From contig MUCR01000006.1 in NCBI GenBank assembly GCA_002816455.1, positions 11,148 through 75,147 on the forward strand: a stretch of DNA of 64,000 bases, given 5' to 3'. The position numbers and the translations under genes are program-made. The notes below the pieces were generated by a model, which was not told the DNA's origin, searched no databases, and worked only from the letters and a program-made list of their open reading frames with translations. The DNA comes from SAR202 cluster bacterium Io17-Chloro-G4. Its GTDB lineage: Bacteria; Chloroflexota; Dehalococcoidia; Lucifugimonadales; UBA3495. Below, piece by piece: positions 1 to 9,768 of the stretch (positions within the stretch are counted from its first letter, which is position 1; every line of letters begins with the position of its first letter).

Positions 1-115
1 CGGCTAATTGCGCTTGTACCCGACGAATAAGCCGGTCCCGGAAACTGCGGGGACGAAGGAGCTTTTCGTGAGCCCGCACTTCGAATGCAGCACCTTGGAA
101 ACATCTTAGTTTGCG

Positions 116-150
116 AAAAAGCCCCACCTGAATAGGTGGGGCTTTCTTTC
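116..150. terminator. Bidirectional rho-independent terminator hairpin
   Basis: aaaaa-GCCCCACCT-gaat-AGGTGGGGC-tttcttt. Perfect 9-bp stem, 4-nt loop, A-run before and T-run after. Lies about 40 nt downstream of the minus-strand gene ending at 192. Confidence 0.7.
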
Positions 151-191
151 GGGAATCGCAAATCCGCACAGGGGGCATGCCCGCGGGCTTA

Positions 192-1871
192 TTAACCGAT
201 CATATCGTAACTGCGTAGGAGCTTCCCAGGCAATGCGCCGGTGCATTCGTTGTCCACGAATGTAACTGTGCCGTTCACAATGATGTAGCGCATACCTGTT
301 GGCCGTTGTACCAATCGTTTCTCCCCGCCCGGGAAGTCAGTCTCGAACTGGGGCTTGTCGTACAAGAGCCCCAATTCATCCATGTTGTAGACCATGACGT
401 CGGCGAAGTCCCCCACGCGCAACGTCCCCCGGTTCTTCATGTCGGAGAAGGAAGCGGGCAGGGCGCTCATCTTTTGGTGAGCTTGTTCCAAGCTCATGAG
501 ACCCTTGTCTCTGATCCAATGAGCCAAGAAATAAACCGGCCACACGCTGTTAACCAAGAACCGTGTGTGGGCGCCGCCGTCGGAAACGGAGATGTGCACG
601 AAGGGGTTGGAAATGTTTTCGCCCCTTGTTTGTTCACTTTGTGTGTCCGCCGGGTGGGCAAACTCGGTCTCCAGTCCCTCGTCGAGTGCGATATCCAAGA
701 ACGCGTCCAAGGGGTGCTTGCCCTCTGCTTCGGCGATGTCCGCAATACTCAGGCCCTCATACTTTAGGTTGCGCTCCAGGGCCACTTCGACGACTTGGAC
801 TTGCGTCCAGTCCGTCCTGGGGTGAGGGCGGTCTAATACGTCGCGTTTCATGCCATCCCGGATACCATCCTCCGACAGCTTGGCAATCCGCTCTTCCTTG
901 CTGCCAACTAATGGTTGCACCCAATTGGGCATGTAATCGAACAGGTTGTACTCGGATAGCTTGAACTCAGCAACTGTCGGCACCGAACCCTGTTGAGCGA
1001 GTATGGGCAATCCCTCTTCTCGCATCTCCTTCAGCCACTCGTAGCCTTCGTCGTTATCTCCCAAAACCACGTGCAGCGGGCGACCGCTCATCCGGACCAT
1101 CTCAGCAAGCATGTCTCGCTGGCCCGGACGGTCATCGGATATTCCGATTGTCCATCCGATCTGCCCGACACCGAATTCGCTCATCACCTGTGCCAAGGCC
1201 AAGAATTCTTCATTGGAGGCCACGTGGCTGGGGAGCCAACTGCCGTCTTCGGGACGGTCTTCTAGGTTTTTATCCGCTGAGATTCCGAAAGCTCCAGCCT
1301 TCATAGAGTCATGCAGAATCTGTTTCATTTGGTTTAACTCGGTTTCGGTAACGGAGGTCCGTTCCCTGGCCGGTATCATGCCAAGCACATATCCCCTGAG
1401 GGGAGAGAAAGGCACCAACGCCCCAACATTTACGCCGAGCCCTTGGCGGTCCAAACTATCCATGTATTCCGGAAAGGTCTCCCAGTCCCAACGCATACCT
1501 TGGCGCATCGATTCTAAAGGTATCGCCTCGATGCGGTTCATCATCCGCATATTAAGGTCCCGGTCCTCGGGTCTGGTGGGAGCGAATCCGAAGCCGCATT
1601 GGCCCACCGTCAATGAGGTCACTCCGAACCACCCGGAGAGGGAGGCGTAAGGGTCCCAGTTCAGTTGTGCGTCGTAGTGGGTGTGAAGGTCTATGGCTCC
1701 TGGCGCTACAATGCAACCGCTTGCGTCCAATTCTTTAGCGCCCGATGCGGTGATTCTCCCGCTGACCATGGCTACCCGGCCATTTTTGATCCCGACATCC
1801 GCACGTTGTCTGGGGAGCCCTGTGCCATCTACCACCGTTCCACCACGTATCACCAAATCGAATTCTGGCAT
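192..1871 (-). CDS. N-acyl-D-amino-acid deacylase (D-aminoacylase) family amidohydrolase
   Basis: 559-aa ORF. N-terminus DLVIRGGTVVDGTG...NGRV...APGAIDLHTHYD is the typical start and HxH metal motif of D-aminoacylase-type amidohydrolases. Confidence 0.8.
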   Translation of the reverse strand: MPEFDLVIRGGTVVDGTGLPRQRADVGIKNGRVAMVSGRITASGAKELDASGCIVAPGAIDLHTHYDAQLNWDPYASLSGWFGVTSLTVGQCGFGFAPTRPEDRDLNMRMMNRIEAIPLESMRQGMRWDWETFPEYMDSLDRQGLGVNVGALVPFSPLRGYVLGMIPARERTSVTETELNQMKQILHDSMKAGAFGISADKNLEDRPEDGSWLPSHVASNEEFLALAQVMSEFGVGQIGWTIGISDDRPGQRDMLAEMVRMSGRPLHVVLGDNDEGYEWLKEMREEGLPILAQQGSVPTVAEFKLSEYNLFDYMPNWVQPLVGSKEERIAKLSEDGIRDGMKRDVLDRPHPRTDWTQVQVVEVALERNLKYEGLSIADIAEAEGKHPLDAFLDIALDEGLETEFAHPADTQSEQTRGENISNPFVHISVSDGGAHTRFLVNSVWPVYFLAHWIRDKGLMSLEQAHQKMSALPASFSDMKNRGTLRVGDFADVMVYNMDELGLLYDKPQFETDFPGGEKRLVQRPTGMRYIIVNGTVTFVDNECTGALPGKLLRSYDMIG

Positions 1872-2026
1872 ACGATTACCTCCACGTATAAGTTAATTTC
1901 CAACTTTTTGCTTGCTAGTTATATGCTTTGTTGGAAGTATATATGAGCGATTGGGCGCAGACAACTATCTCTTTCCGCATAATTACTATTAAATCGAGGT
2001 GCGAGTTTTCTTGAGGCATTCAGTTA

Positions 2027-2220
2027 TTGTCATTCCTCCGAAGATAGAAATCAAAGCCTGTCATTCCGAAGAGCGGAGCGACGAGGAATCTCTTACGTTA
2101 AAGCCATTTTCCGTTCAGTATTCCCAACTAGGGAAGGTGGCACCCTTGGGGTCGATGCTAATAACCAATGAGACCCCTCGCGGAATTTATCCTGAGGGGA
2201 AGTCGAAGGACTCGGTGTGA
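2027..2220. repeat. Intergenic repeat, family B (GTCATTCCG...GCGACGAGGAATCTC type)
   Basis: tgtcattcctccgaag and tgtcattccgaagagcggagcgacgaggaatctc arms, plus cctgaggggaagtcgaaggactcgg. Related arms recur at 20091-20366 and 21340-21413. Confidence 0.6.
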
Positions 2221-2375
2221 TAGATAAGTTACTTGCACATCAGATTAATTACATCAATTGCTTTACGCAGCAACGACAACATTTTGAACATCGTCTTGAG
2301 AGCGTGGTTAATTATGAAACACGCAGGTAAGATTATCGTCAACATCTTCGGGAATTCAAGAGGTAAGCGCTGACA

Positions 2376-3731
2376 ATGCCCAAGCGGATGCTCTTAAACG
2401 CCTTTTCAATGAACTGCGTTTCCCACATCCAGCAGGGCATGTGGGTCCGAGACGACACGCGTCAACTCGAATACACTCAGCTCGATCCGTGGGTGGAACT
2501 GGCCAAGATTCTGGAAAAGGGCTGCTTCGATGCCCTATTCCTAGCGGACGTAGTCGGCGTCTACGACACCTATCTGGGCGGCCCAGAGACCTCCATCATC
2601 CATGGTATGCAGATACCGGCAAACGATCCGGCGTCGCTGGTCCCGGCCATGGCCCATGCCACCGAAAACCTTGGGTTCGCTTTCACGAGCTCAGTTCTCC
2701 AGACCCATCCCTTTTCCTTTGCCCGGCAGGTGTCGACACTCGACCACCTGACGAAGGGGCGCGTCGGATGGAACATCGTGACATCCTATCTGCCCAATGC
2801 CGGAGCCAACTTCGGCCTCGGCGGGCTACCTTCCCATGATGATCGCTACGACCTCGCCGAAGAGTACATAGATGTTACCTATAAGCTATGGGAGGGCAGT
2901 TGGGAAGACGGAGCCGTACTGCGCGACACCGATCGCGGCATTTACGCTGATCCAGCCAAGATTCACCAGATCAATCACGTTGGGAAGCATTTCGAGGTGG
3001 CAGGTCCTCACTTATCCGAACCGTCGCCCCAGCGGACGCCTCTGCTGTTCCAAGCTGGTTCTTCAAACCGGGGACGGCAATTTGCCGCCAAGCACGCCGA
3101 ATGCGTCTTCATAGTTGAAACCCGAGAAAGCCTCAGCAGGGCAGAAAACGTCATAAGTGACATCCGATCTCAAACCACAAGCTATGGCCGCCGTCCGGAG
3201 GATGTACTTTTCTTTCAAGGAGTGTCGCCGGTGGTGGGGGGAACTGAGGCGGAGGCCAAAGCCAAAGAGAAGGAGTACATCGAGCAATTCAGCACCGAAG
3301 GCTCCTTGGCTCATTTGAGCGGCAGCGTCGGCGTGGATTTGGGAGCGATCGATTTAGATGAGCCGCTGGAGACTATCGATAGCCAAGCCATGCGGGGCTT
3401 TGTGAAAAGCCTTATCGAGTCCGCGCCGGACAAGACTCGAACATTTCGCGATCTGATCCGGACCAGGCTGGCGGGTCAGTTTCTTACTGGTGCGCCAGAG
3501 CAAATTGCGGACGCTTTACAGGATTGGCAGAACCTGGGTGTGAACGGGTTCAACCTCGTTTATTCGATCACGCCAGGGACATTTGTGGATTTTATAGACT
3601 CAGTGGTCCCCATCCTTCAAAAACGAAGTGTTATGCAGCGGGAATATACCCCCGGACCCCTACGACAGAAGGTCTTCGGCGACCCCAAGCTGCCTGCGCG
3701 TCATCCAGGCGCAGCCTACCGCCGGGGATGA
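2376..3731 (+). CDS. LLM-class flavin-dependent monooxygenase, NtaA/SnaA/DszA family
   Basis: 451 aa. N-terminus LLNAFSMNCVSHIQQGMW...DALFLADVVGVYD and overall length are typical of nitrilotriacetate monooxygenase component A-like enzymes. One of the few genes here ending in TGA. Confidence 0.85.
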   Translation: MPKRMLLNAFSMNCVSHIQQGMWVRDDTRQLEYTQLDPWVELAKILEKGCFDALFLADVVGVYDTYLGGPETSIIHGMQIPANDPASLVPAMAHATENLGFAFTSSVLQTHPFSFARQVSTLDHLTKGRVGWNIVTSYLPNAGANFGLGGLPSHDDRYDLAEEYIDVTYKLWEGSWEDGAVLRDTDRGIYADPAKIHQINHVGKHFEVAGPHLSEPSPQRTPLLFQAGSSNRGRQFAAKHAECVFIVETRESLSRAENVISDIRSQTTSYGRRPEDVLFFQGVSPVVGGTEAEAKAKEKEYIEQFSTEGSLAHLSGSVGVDLGAIDLDEPLETIDSQAMRGFVKSLIESAPDKTRTFRDLIRTRLAGQFLTGAPEQIADALQDWQNLGVNGFNLVYSITPGTFVDFIDSVVPILQKRSVMQREYTPGPLRQKVFGDPKLPARHPGAAYRRG

Positions 3732-3811
3732 GCTTGGCATAACGCGCCGCCTAGGGTACTTAAGCTAGTGAGTCGCGTGTCAATTTCGAACAGCGACATA
3801 TGGATAGCAAT

Positions 3812-3892
3812 CCGTCATTCCGGCGAAGGCCGGAATCCAGGAAACGGTTTGAACCTCCACATTTCTGGACACCGGCCTTCGCCGGTGAGACG
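3812..3892. repeat. Inverted-repeat element, family B' (GTCATTCCGGCGAAGGCCGGAATC type)
   Basis: gtcattccggcgaaggccgg ... ccggccttcgccggtgagac form an imperfect inverted repeat. A related arm occurs at 41654-41680. Confidence 0.6.
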
Positions 3893-3921
3893 AAGAAATA
3901 CGCCTAGACGGGCCCCTGTCG

Positions 3922-3950
3922 TTGACACGTCAACCACGTACTGATAAGAT
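3922..3950 (+). promoter_or_regulatory. Candidate sigma-70-type promoter of the ilv-leu operon
   Basis: TTGACA (3922-3927), 17-nt spacer, TAAGAT (3945-3950), about 25 nt upstream of the T-box leader. Confidence 0.45.
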
Positions 3951-3974
3951 TTCCTAGTTAAAAATTTCACGAAA

Positions 3975-4265
3975 CCCGCGATGAAGGGGAGTAGTAGGAA
4001 GGGCCCGTCCCAGAGAACCGGCGGTTGGTGCAAGCCGGTGACGGCAGCTTTCCGAACTCGCCCCGGAGCGGCCAGCCTAAACACTCAAGGCACTTGAGTT
4101 ATTAGGGTGAGGCGGTTAGACCCCGTTAGAAGTCTCCGAGTTGTTCCGACATTGCAGTGGGTTAGCATACCGCTGACGGCTGAACGCTGATAGCAAAGTT
4201 GCCGGAAAAGAAGGGTGGTACCGCGGGAAATATTCGCCCGTCCCTTCAGGGGGCGGGTTTTTTGT
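3975..4265 (+). promoter_or_regulatory. T-box riboswitch leader (probable Leu specifier CUC) with terminator
   Basis: GCGATGA...GAGTAGTA start, AGAGA and GGTGCAA stem-I elements, and GAA-CTC-G in the specifier position (CTC at 4057-4059). F-box CCGTTA is at 4123-4128 and the T-box AAGGGTGGTACCGCGG at 4211-4226. The terminator CCCGTCCC-ttcag-GGGGCGGG is followed by TTTTTT, ending about 4264. Confidence 0.85.
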
Positions 4266-4287
4266 TGGCCAAAATTAGGGAGCAAAG

Positions 4288-5997
4288 ATGGAACCAACGG
4301 GGCCTTTAACCGGCGCAGAGATCGTATGTGAAAGCCTCCTAAAAGAGGGGGTGGATGTGCTTTTCGGTCTCCCAGGGGGCGCGGTCCTGCCCCTTTACGG
4401 AGCGTTGGCCAAGTACCCCCAGCTTCGTCATATCCTGGTGCGCCACGAGCAAGGCGCCTCCATGGCCGCCGACGGCTATGCCCGGGCCACGGGCAAAGTC
4501 GGGGTGTGCGTTGCGACCTCCGGTCCAGGCGCTACCAACCTGGTCACCGGAATTGCAGGCGCCATGATGGACTCAGTTCCCATGGTCGCCATCACCGGAC
4601 AGGTGCCCAGGCCCGCCATCGGCCGGGACGCTTTCCAGGAAACCGACGTCACCGGTATCACTTTGCCCATTACCAAGCACAGTTATTTGGTGATGGACGT
4701 GGCCGACGTCGCCCCTGCTATAAAGGAGGCATTCCACATCGCCCGCACGGGTAGGCCGGGACCGGTATTGGTGGATATTCCAAGAGATGTGCTTGCCGCA
4801 GATAAAACTGAGTTCATATGGCCGGAGCAGGTAGACCTGCCTGGTTATAATCCACCAAGCTTCGCACACCCCGCATTGGTTTCCCAAGCGGCAGAATTAA
4901 TAAACCAAGCGGAAAAGCCCGTCATTATTACCGGCCATGGGGTGCTAACTTCCCAGGCATCGCCGGAACTGCTGGAGTTTGCCGAAAAAACCCAGATCCC
5001 GGTGGTTTCTACCCTCTTGGGGATAAGTTCATTTCCTACAGGGCACATCCTGGACTTGGGTATGGCCGGCATGCACGGCATGGCCCACGCCATCTTGGCT
5101 ATAGACCAAGCCGATCTGCTAATTTCCCTGGGTATGCGCTTCGATGACCGGGTTACCGGTAGCCTAAAAGATTTTGCGCCCAACGCCAAGATTGTTCACG
5201 TGGACATTGACCCATCGGAACTTGGAAAAAACAAGAAAGCCGACGCGGCGGTGGCGGGTGACCTAAAGTGCGTCTTGCAGCAACTGATCCCCCAGGTAAC
5301 TCCCAACGTTCACATCGATTGGCTGCGCCATATAGAAAGTCTGAAGGGCGAGCACCCACCAATCCAAATCCGTGAGACTGAAGAGCTCTTGCCCCAACAT
5401 GTGCTGAGGGAGCTCTCAGAGGCAACCAAAGGGGATTCCATCATCGTGACGGGAGTGGGCCAACACCAGATGTGGGCGGCTCAATTCTGCGCCTTCCAAG
5501 AACCCAACACACTCATAACATCCGGGGGCCACGGGTCAATGGGCTTTGAGGTTCCCGCCGCTATCGGCGCTAAGCTAGGACGGCCGGAGAAAACAGTCTG
5601 GTCCGTTGCTGGCGACGGTGGTTTTCAAATGACCATGTGCGACCTGGCCACTGCCGTAGAGAACAATATCGACGTGAAGTTCGCCATCTTGAATAACGGC
5701 AGCCTAGGGATGGTTTATCAATTGCAAGACCTATTTTTTGACAAGGATTATTTCGCCACCGTTTACACGGGGAACCCTGACTTCGTCAAGCTAGCCGAGG
5801 CTTACGGAATCACCGGTATTAGGGTGAACGAGCAAAGCCAAGTGGCTGACGCCATCCAACAAGCGATGGAAGTGCCCGGTCCGGTGATCATCGACTTCGT
5901 GGTGAAGGAAATCGATAACGTCTATCCCATGATACCGTCGGGTCAGTCGGCCAAACAGATGCTGGAAGAATCCACTCCGAAACGGATTGATTATTAG
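4288..5997 (+). CDS. ilvB: Acetolactate synthase (acetohydroxyacid synthase) large subunit
   Basis: 569 aa. LTGAEIVCESLLKEGVDVLFGLPGGAVLPLY...RHEQGA..ADGYAR..GKVGVCVATSGPGATN and the ThDP motif GGHGSMGF...GDGGFQM. SD AGGGAG upstream. Followed by ilvN and ilvC. Confidence 0.95.
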   Translation: MEPTGPLTGAEIVCESLLKEGVDVLFGLPGGAVLPLYGALAKYPQLRHILVRHEQGASMAADGYARATGKVGVCVATSGPGATNLVTGIAGAMMDSVPMVAITGQVPRPAIGRDAFQETDVTGITLPITKHSYLVMDVADVAPAIKEAFHIARTGRPGPVLVDIPRDVLAADKTEFIWPEQVDLPGYNPPSFAHPALVSQAAELINQAEKPVIITGHGVLTSQASPELLEFAEKTQIPVVSTLLGISSFPTGHILDLGMAGMHGMAHAILAIDQADLLISLGMRFDDRVTGSLKDFAPNAKIVHVDIDPSELGKNKKADAAVAGDLKCVLQQLIPQVTPNVHIDWLRHIESLKGEHPPIQIRETEELLPQHVLRELSEATKGDSIIVTGVGQHQMWAAQFCAFQEPNTLITSGGHGSMGFEVPAAIGAKLGRPEKTVWSVAGDGGFQMTMCDLATAVENNIDVKFAILNNGSLGMVYQLQDLFFDKDYFATVYTGNPDFVKLAEAYGITGIRVNEQSQVADAIQQAMEVPGPVIIDFVVKEIDNVYPMIPSGQSAKQMLEESTPKRIDY

Positions 5998-6021
5998 GAA
6001 ACGTGGATTAAGGGCAGAATA

Positions 6022-6591
6022 ATGAGCCAAAACGGGCATCAACATACTTTGGTAGCGTTAGTACAGGACCGGCCCGGTGTGCTGACTCGCGTGGCCAGTA
6101 TGTTCCGGCGGCGGGGCTACAACATTGCCAGTTTAGCCGTGGGCAAGAGCGAGCAATTGGGTCTTTCCCGCATGACCGTGGTGGTGAACGGCGATGAAGA
6201 CACTGTGTCTCAAGTGACCAAGCAGTTGGACAAGCTGATCGAAGTGATCCACGTCTCAAATATTTCCAATGAAGAGACAGTGGTCCGTGAATTGGCCCTG
6301 ATCAAAGTCAGTAGCGCCACCGCGAACCGGGGAGAGATAATTCAGATCGTCAACCTGTTCCGGGCCAACATCGTAGATGTGGGATCGCAGTCGATGGTCA
6401 TCGAGATAACAGGCGAGGAAGATAAGATACAGGCGCTGTACAACTTGCTTGAGCCCTTCGGTATTTTGGAGATGTTGCGCACCGGGCGGATAGCCATGGT
6501 CCGGGGCCAGTCCGACGGGCGGGTCAGTGACAGTATCGGCATTGACCTGTACGGAGCCGGGAATGGCCACGGCGAAATAAGGGCTGTTTAA
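6022..6591 (+). CDS. ilvN: Acetolactate synthase small (regulatory) subunit
   Basis: 189 aa. ACT-domain start HTLVALVQDRPGVLTRVASMFRRRGYNIASLAVG. Position immediately after ilvB. Confidence 0.9.
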   Translation: MSQNGHQHTLVALVQDRPGVLTRVASMFRRRGYNIASLAVGKSEQLGLSRMTVVVNGDEDTVSQVTKQLDKLIEVIHVSNISNEETVVRELALIKVSSATANRGEIIQIVNLFRANIVDVGSQSMVIEITGEEDKIQALYNLLEPFGILEMLRTGRIAMVRGQSDGRVSDSIGIDLYGAGNGHGEIRAV

Positions 6592-6628
6592 ATTTAACGG
6601 AAATTTATTGATAAAAGGTTAGGTTGCA

Positions 6629-7630
6629 ATGGTAAACGTGTATTACGACCAAGACGCAGACTTGGGGGTACTGGCTGGAAAGACCATCGGCATAGTTGGC
6701 TACGGGAGCCAGGGCCACGCCCACGCCCTCAACCTTCATGACAACGGCCAGAAGGTAGTAGTGGGGCTCTACCCGGAAAGCAAGAGCCGGGAGACGGCTC
6801 AAGCAGCTGGACTGGAAGTGTCCGATGTACCTGACGTTGCCAAGCGGGCCGATGTTCTGATGGTGTTAATTCCCGACCATGTTCAAGGACGAATTTTCCG
6901 GGACGAAATCGCTCCCAACTTGAGGTCTGGCAGTGCCTTGATGGTGGCCCACGGGTTTAGCATTCACTACCGGGAAATAGTCCCTGCGAACACCGTGGAC
7001 GTAATGATGGTGGCCCCGAAAGCGCCGGGACACCGGATGCGGGAGCTTTTCCAAGAAGGTGTCGGCGTGCCCAGCCTGCTGGCGGTGCACCAAGACGCCA
7101 CCGGTAACGCCAAGCAGATCGGTTTGGCCTACGCCAAGGGCGTGGGTTGCACCGGCGCCGGAGTCTTGGAAACCACCATTAAGGACGAAACCGAAAGCGA
7201 CTTGTTCGGCGAGCAGACCATCCTGTGCGGCGGCGTGACGTCGCTGGTCCAGGCCGCTTTCGAAACCTTGGTGGAGGGCGGTTATCCTGAGGAAATAGCA
7301 TTCTTTGAGTGCCTCCATGAACTCAAGATGATTGTCGATCTGATGTACCAGGGCGGATTCAACTACATGCGCTACTCGGTCAGCGACACCGCCGAATATG
7401 GCGACCTGACCCGTGGACCACGGGTTATCGACGATCATGTCCGGAACAACATGCGGGCCATACTGAAAGAAATCCAAGACGGCACCTTTGCCCGGGAATG
7501 GATCGCGGAGAACGACGAAGGCCGCCCAAGGTTCACGCCACTGCGGGCACAAGCCCGGAGCAGCCAGCTTGAAGACGTGGGCAAGCGGCTGCGGAACATG
7601 ATGCCTTGGATGGACCCCAAAGAAGTCTAA
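6629..7630 (+). CDS. ilvC: Ketol-acid reductoisomerase (class I)
   Basis: 333 aa. VYYDQDADL...[17 protein letters not shown]...MVAPK.PGH..R and LFGEQ..LCGG motifs. Confidence 0.95.
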   Translation: MVNVYYDQDADLGVLAGKTIGIVGYGSQGHAHALNLHDNGQKVVVGLYPESKSRETAQAAGLEVSDVPDVAKRADVLMVLIPDHVQGRIFRDEIAPNLRSGSALMVAHGFSIHYREIVPANTVDVMMVAPKAPGHRMRELFQEGVGVPSLLAVHQDATGNAKQIGLAYAKGVGCTGAGVLETTIKDETESDLFGEQTILCGGVTSLVQAAFETLVEGGYPEEIAFFECLHELKMIVDLMYQGGFNYMRYSVSDTAEYGDLTRGPRVIDDHVRNNMRAILKEIQDGTFAREWIAENDEGRPRFTPLRAQARSSQLEDVGKRLRNMMPWMDPKEV

Positions 7631-7867
7631 GCAGCTATTGCTAATTACGGATCGGTACCAAGTAATCTGGGGAGAAAAATCATGATGTTGGAGACGTTGA
7701 GAGTAGTCCACCATCGCATTCTGGTCCTGGCCGGGCTGGATGTGGTGGACTACGTGACCCTGGCAATTCCTTCCCGAAATTAAGCGCGAATATAGAAAAT
7801 GACAAGAAGTTAAGGTTTCTTCAATTAGAGCCCACCAAATTATCGAAAAGAGGGAAGGGTAAATATA

Positions 7868-9433
7868 ATGGCTGATAAAAAAGTGTTGTTCCTGGACACA
7901 ACCCTACGGGACGGGGAGCAGTCCGCTGGCATCGGGATGACCGGCGATGAAAAAATGGAAATTGCCAAGCAGTTGCAGCGGATGCAAGTCGATGTCATTG
8001 AAGCCGGTTTTGCTGCCAGTTCTCCCGGAGATTTCTTGGCCGTAAGCAACATCGCCAAGGAGGTCAAAGGACCCATCATCGCTTCTTTGGCCAGGGCGGT
8101 TGCCGACGACGTAGACCAAGCTTGGGGAGCGGTCCAGCATTCGGATAGGCCCCGCATCCACGTGTTCCTGTCTTCGTCGGAAATCCACCAGATGCACCAG
8201 CTGCGCAAGAACCGGGAAGAGGTCATGGAGATGGCGGTGCGCAGCGTGGAGCGAGCCAAGGGTTACTGCACAGACGTTGAATTTTCACCCATGGACGCGA
8301 CCCGCACCAACAAGGAATACCTGTTCCAAATGCTGGAAGAAGTAATCCGCGCCGGGGCGACGACCATCAACATTGCCGACACGGTTGGATACGCTATCCC
8401 GACCTCCGGGGACTTTGTCCGGCTATTGAACGACGTGCAAGAGAATGTCGCTGGCATTGACAAGGTGACCCTCAGTGTCCATTGCCACAACGACTTGGGC
8501 TTGGCGGTGGCCAACAGCTTGGCCGCCATCATAGCCGGAGCCGGGCAGGTTGAGGGTTGCATAAACGGCATCGGCGAGCGGGCCGGCAACGCCTCCTTGG
8601 AAGAAATCATCATGGCCTTGGACACCCGGAACGATTTCTTCGGCGTTGACATGTCAGTGGACACGACTCAGATTTATCCGGCTAGCCGCATGGTTAGCCG
8701 GGTGACGGGAATGGCTGTCCAATCCAACAAGGCCATCGTCGGCGAGAACGCCTTCCGTCACGCTTCGGGCATCCACCAAGACGGGGTGTTGAAGAACCGG
8801 GCCACCTACGAAGTGATGCAGCCTGAACGGGTGGGGGTCCCCGGAAATGCCATGGTGCTGGGCAAGCTCAGTGGCCGGGCCGGACTTCAGTCCCGACTCG
8901 AAGCCTTGGGCTATCACTTGAATAGAGAAGAGATCAGCAATGTATTCGAGTCTTTCAAGGTTTTGGCCGACAAGAAGCGTGAAGTCACCGACCAAGACCT
9001 GGAAGTCTTGATGGATGAAGAGAAACGGGAAGCAGGGGAGACCATCTCTTACACCCTGGACCATGTGCAGTTCAGCGGAGGCACTCACGATATCGCCACC
9101 GCCACCGTGCGCCTCATCGGCCCGGACCAGCAAGCCGTATCCGACGCATCCACCGGCAACGGTCCGGTGGATGCCATCTGCAATGCGATCGACCGGGTGG
9201 TTGGCACGTCCTCCAAACTGGTGGATTTCAATGTGCAGGCGGTCACCGAGGGCATCGATTCCCAGGCCACGGTTACCATGAGAATCGAGAGCGGCGGCCA
9301 GACGTATACCGGAAGAGGCGCGTCAACGGACACCATGGAGGCCAGCGCCAAAGCATATCTGAGCGCAGTCAACCGCATGCTGGCGGCCGACGAGTCGGCC
9401 TCATTACCAGCGGTGGGCAGCACGCCTGACTAA
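7868..9433 (+). CDS. leuA: 2-isopropylmalate synthase
   Basis: 521 aa. LDTTLRDGEQSAG...HCHNDLGLAVANSLAA plus a C-terminal LeuA-dimer/regulatory region. Last gene of the ilvBNC-leuA unit. A citramalate synthase (cimA) cannot be excluded from sequence alone. Confidence 0.85.
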   Translation: MADKKVLFLDTTLRDGEQSAGIGMTGDEKMEIAKQLQRMQVDVIEAGFAASSPGDFLAVSNIAKEVKGPIIASLARAVADDVDQAWGAVQHSDRPRIHVFLSSSEIHQMHQLRKNREEVMEMAVRSVERAKGYCTDVEFSPMDATRTNKEYLFQMLEEVIRAGATTINIADTVGYAIPTSGDFVRLLNDVQENVAGIDKVTLSVHCHNDLGLAVANSLAAIIAGAGQVEGCINGIGERAGNASLEEIIMALDTRNDFFGVDMSVDTTQIYPASRMVSRVTGMAVQSNKAIVGENAFRHASGIHQDGVLKNRATYEVMQPERVGVPGNAMVLGKLSGRAGLQSRLEALGYHLNREEISNVFESFKVLADKKREVTDQDLEVLMDEEKREAGETISYTLDHVQFSGGTHDIATATVRLIGPDQQAVSDASTGNGPVDAICNAIDRVVGTSSKLVDFNVQAVTEGIDSQATVTMRIESGGQTYTGRGASTDTMEASAKAYLSAVNRMLAADESASLPAVGSTPD

Positions 9434-9469
9434 AGGGTATCAGCGGCAGGCTGATAATTTGGTATGACA

Positions 9470-9505
9470 AAAGGGCACCCCGGTTTCGCCGGGGTGCCCT
9501 TTCTA
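9470..9505 (+). terminator. Rho-independent terminator of the ilv-leu operon
   Basis: aaa-GGGCACCCCGG-tttcg-CCGGGGTGCCC-tttctatatt. 11-bp perfect stem. Confidence 0.8.
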
Positions 9506-9577
9506 TATTCGAAAACATCCTGGGAGTTGAGGCTTGGATGGAGGGCATATTCAACGCCTCGGTACACTTAGGCGGAG

Positions 9578-9751
9578 AAAATCCCCCTTAATCCCCCTTT
9601 ACAAAGGGGGAGAGCTTACTCCCTCTACGGCTTGGGCCACCGGTAGCCCTCCTTTCGTAAAGGAGGGTTGGGAGGATTTCCCTGGTCAGCCGGCAGGCGG
9701 GTTACACGAAGCAGCAAGCCCTCCTTTCGTAAAGGAGCGTTGGGAGGATTT
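9578..9751. repeat. Intergenic repeat cluster, family E (AATCCCCCTTAATCCCCCTTTACAAAGGGGG type)
   Basis: Arm aaaatcccccttaatccccctttacaaaggggga at 9578-9611. Two 34-bp direct copies gccctcctttcgtaaaggagSgttgggaggattt at 9646-9679 and 9718-9751 differ by 1 mismatch. Related to 55558-55730 and 60505-60555. Confidence 0.75.
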
Positions 9752-9768
9752 ACCCCAGCGCCAACGCC

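Noticed and set aside
3729-3900. Possible read-through of the TGA ending the NtaA-like monooxygenase. The frame stays open for about 50 codons.
   Set aside because: The downstream sequence is a family B' repeat and promoter region, and the protein already has full family length. TGA therefore functions as a genuine stop in this genome, arguing against wholesale UGA reassignment.
6866-7714. 282-aa ORF antisense to ilvC. Similar long antisense ORFs occur at 13430..14341, 18631..19506, 27290..28117, 40760..41488, 55994..56683 and 57801..58574.
   Set aside because: Each lies entirely opposite a gene with unmistakable family motifs. Their translations are Arg/Gly/Pro/His-rich and motif-free. They are typical shadow ORFs of GC-rich coding DNA.
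9578-9751. CRISPR array hypothesis for the various direct repeats. Loci considered were 9646/9718, 20091/20234 and 24698/24887.
   Set aside because: There are only two copies per locus. The repeat units are 34 to 178 bp with non-CRISPR spacing, the arms are palindromic and MITE-like, and there are no cas genes.
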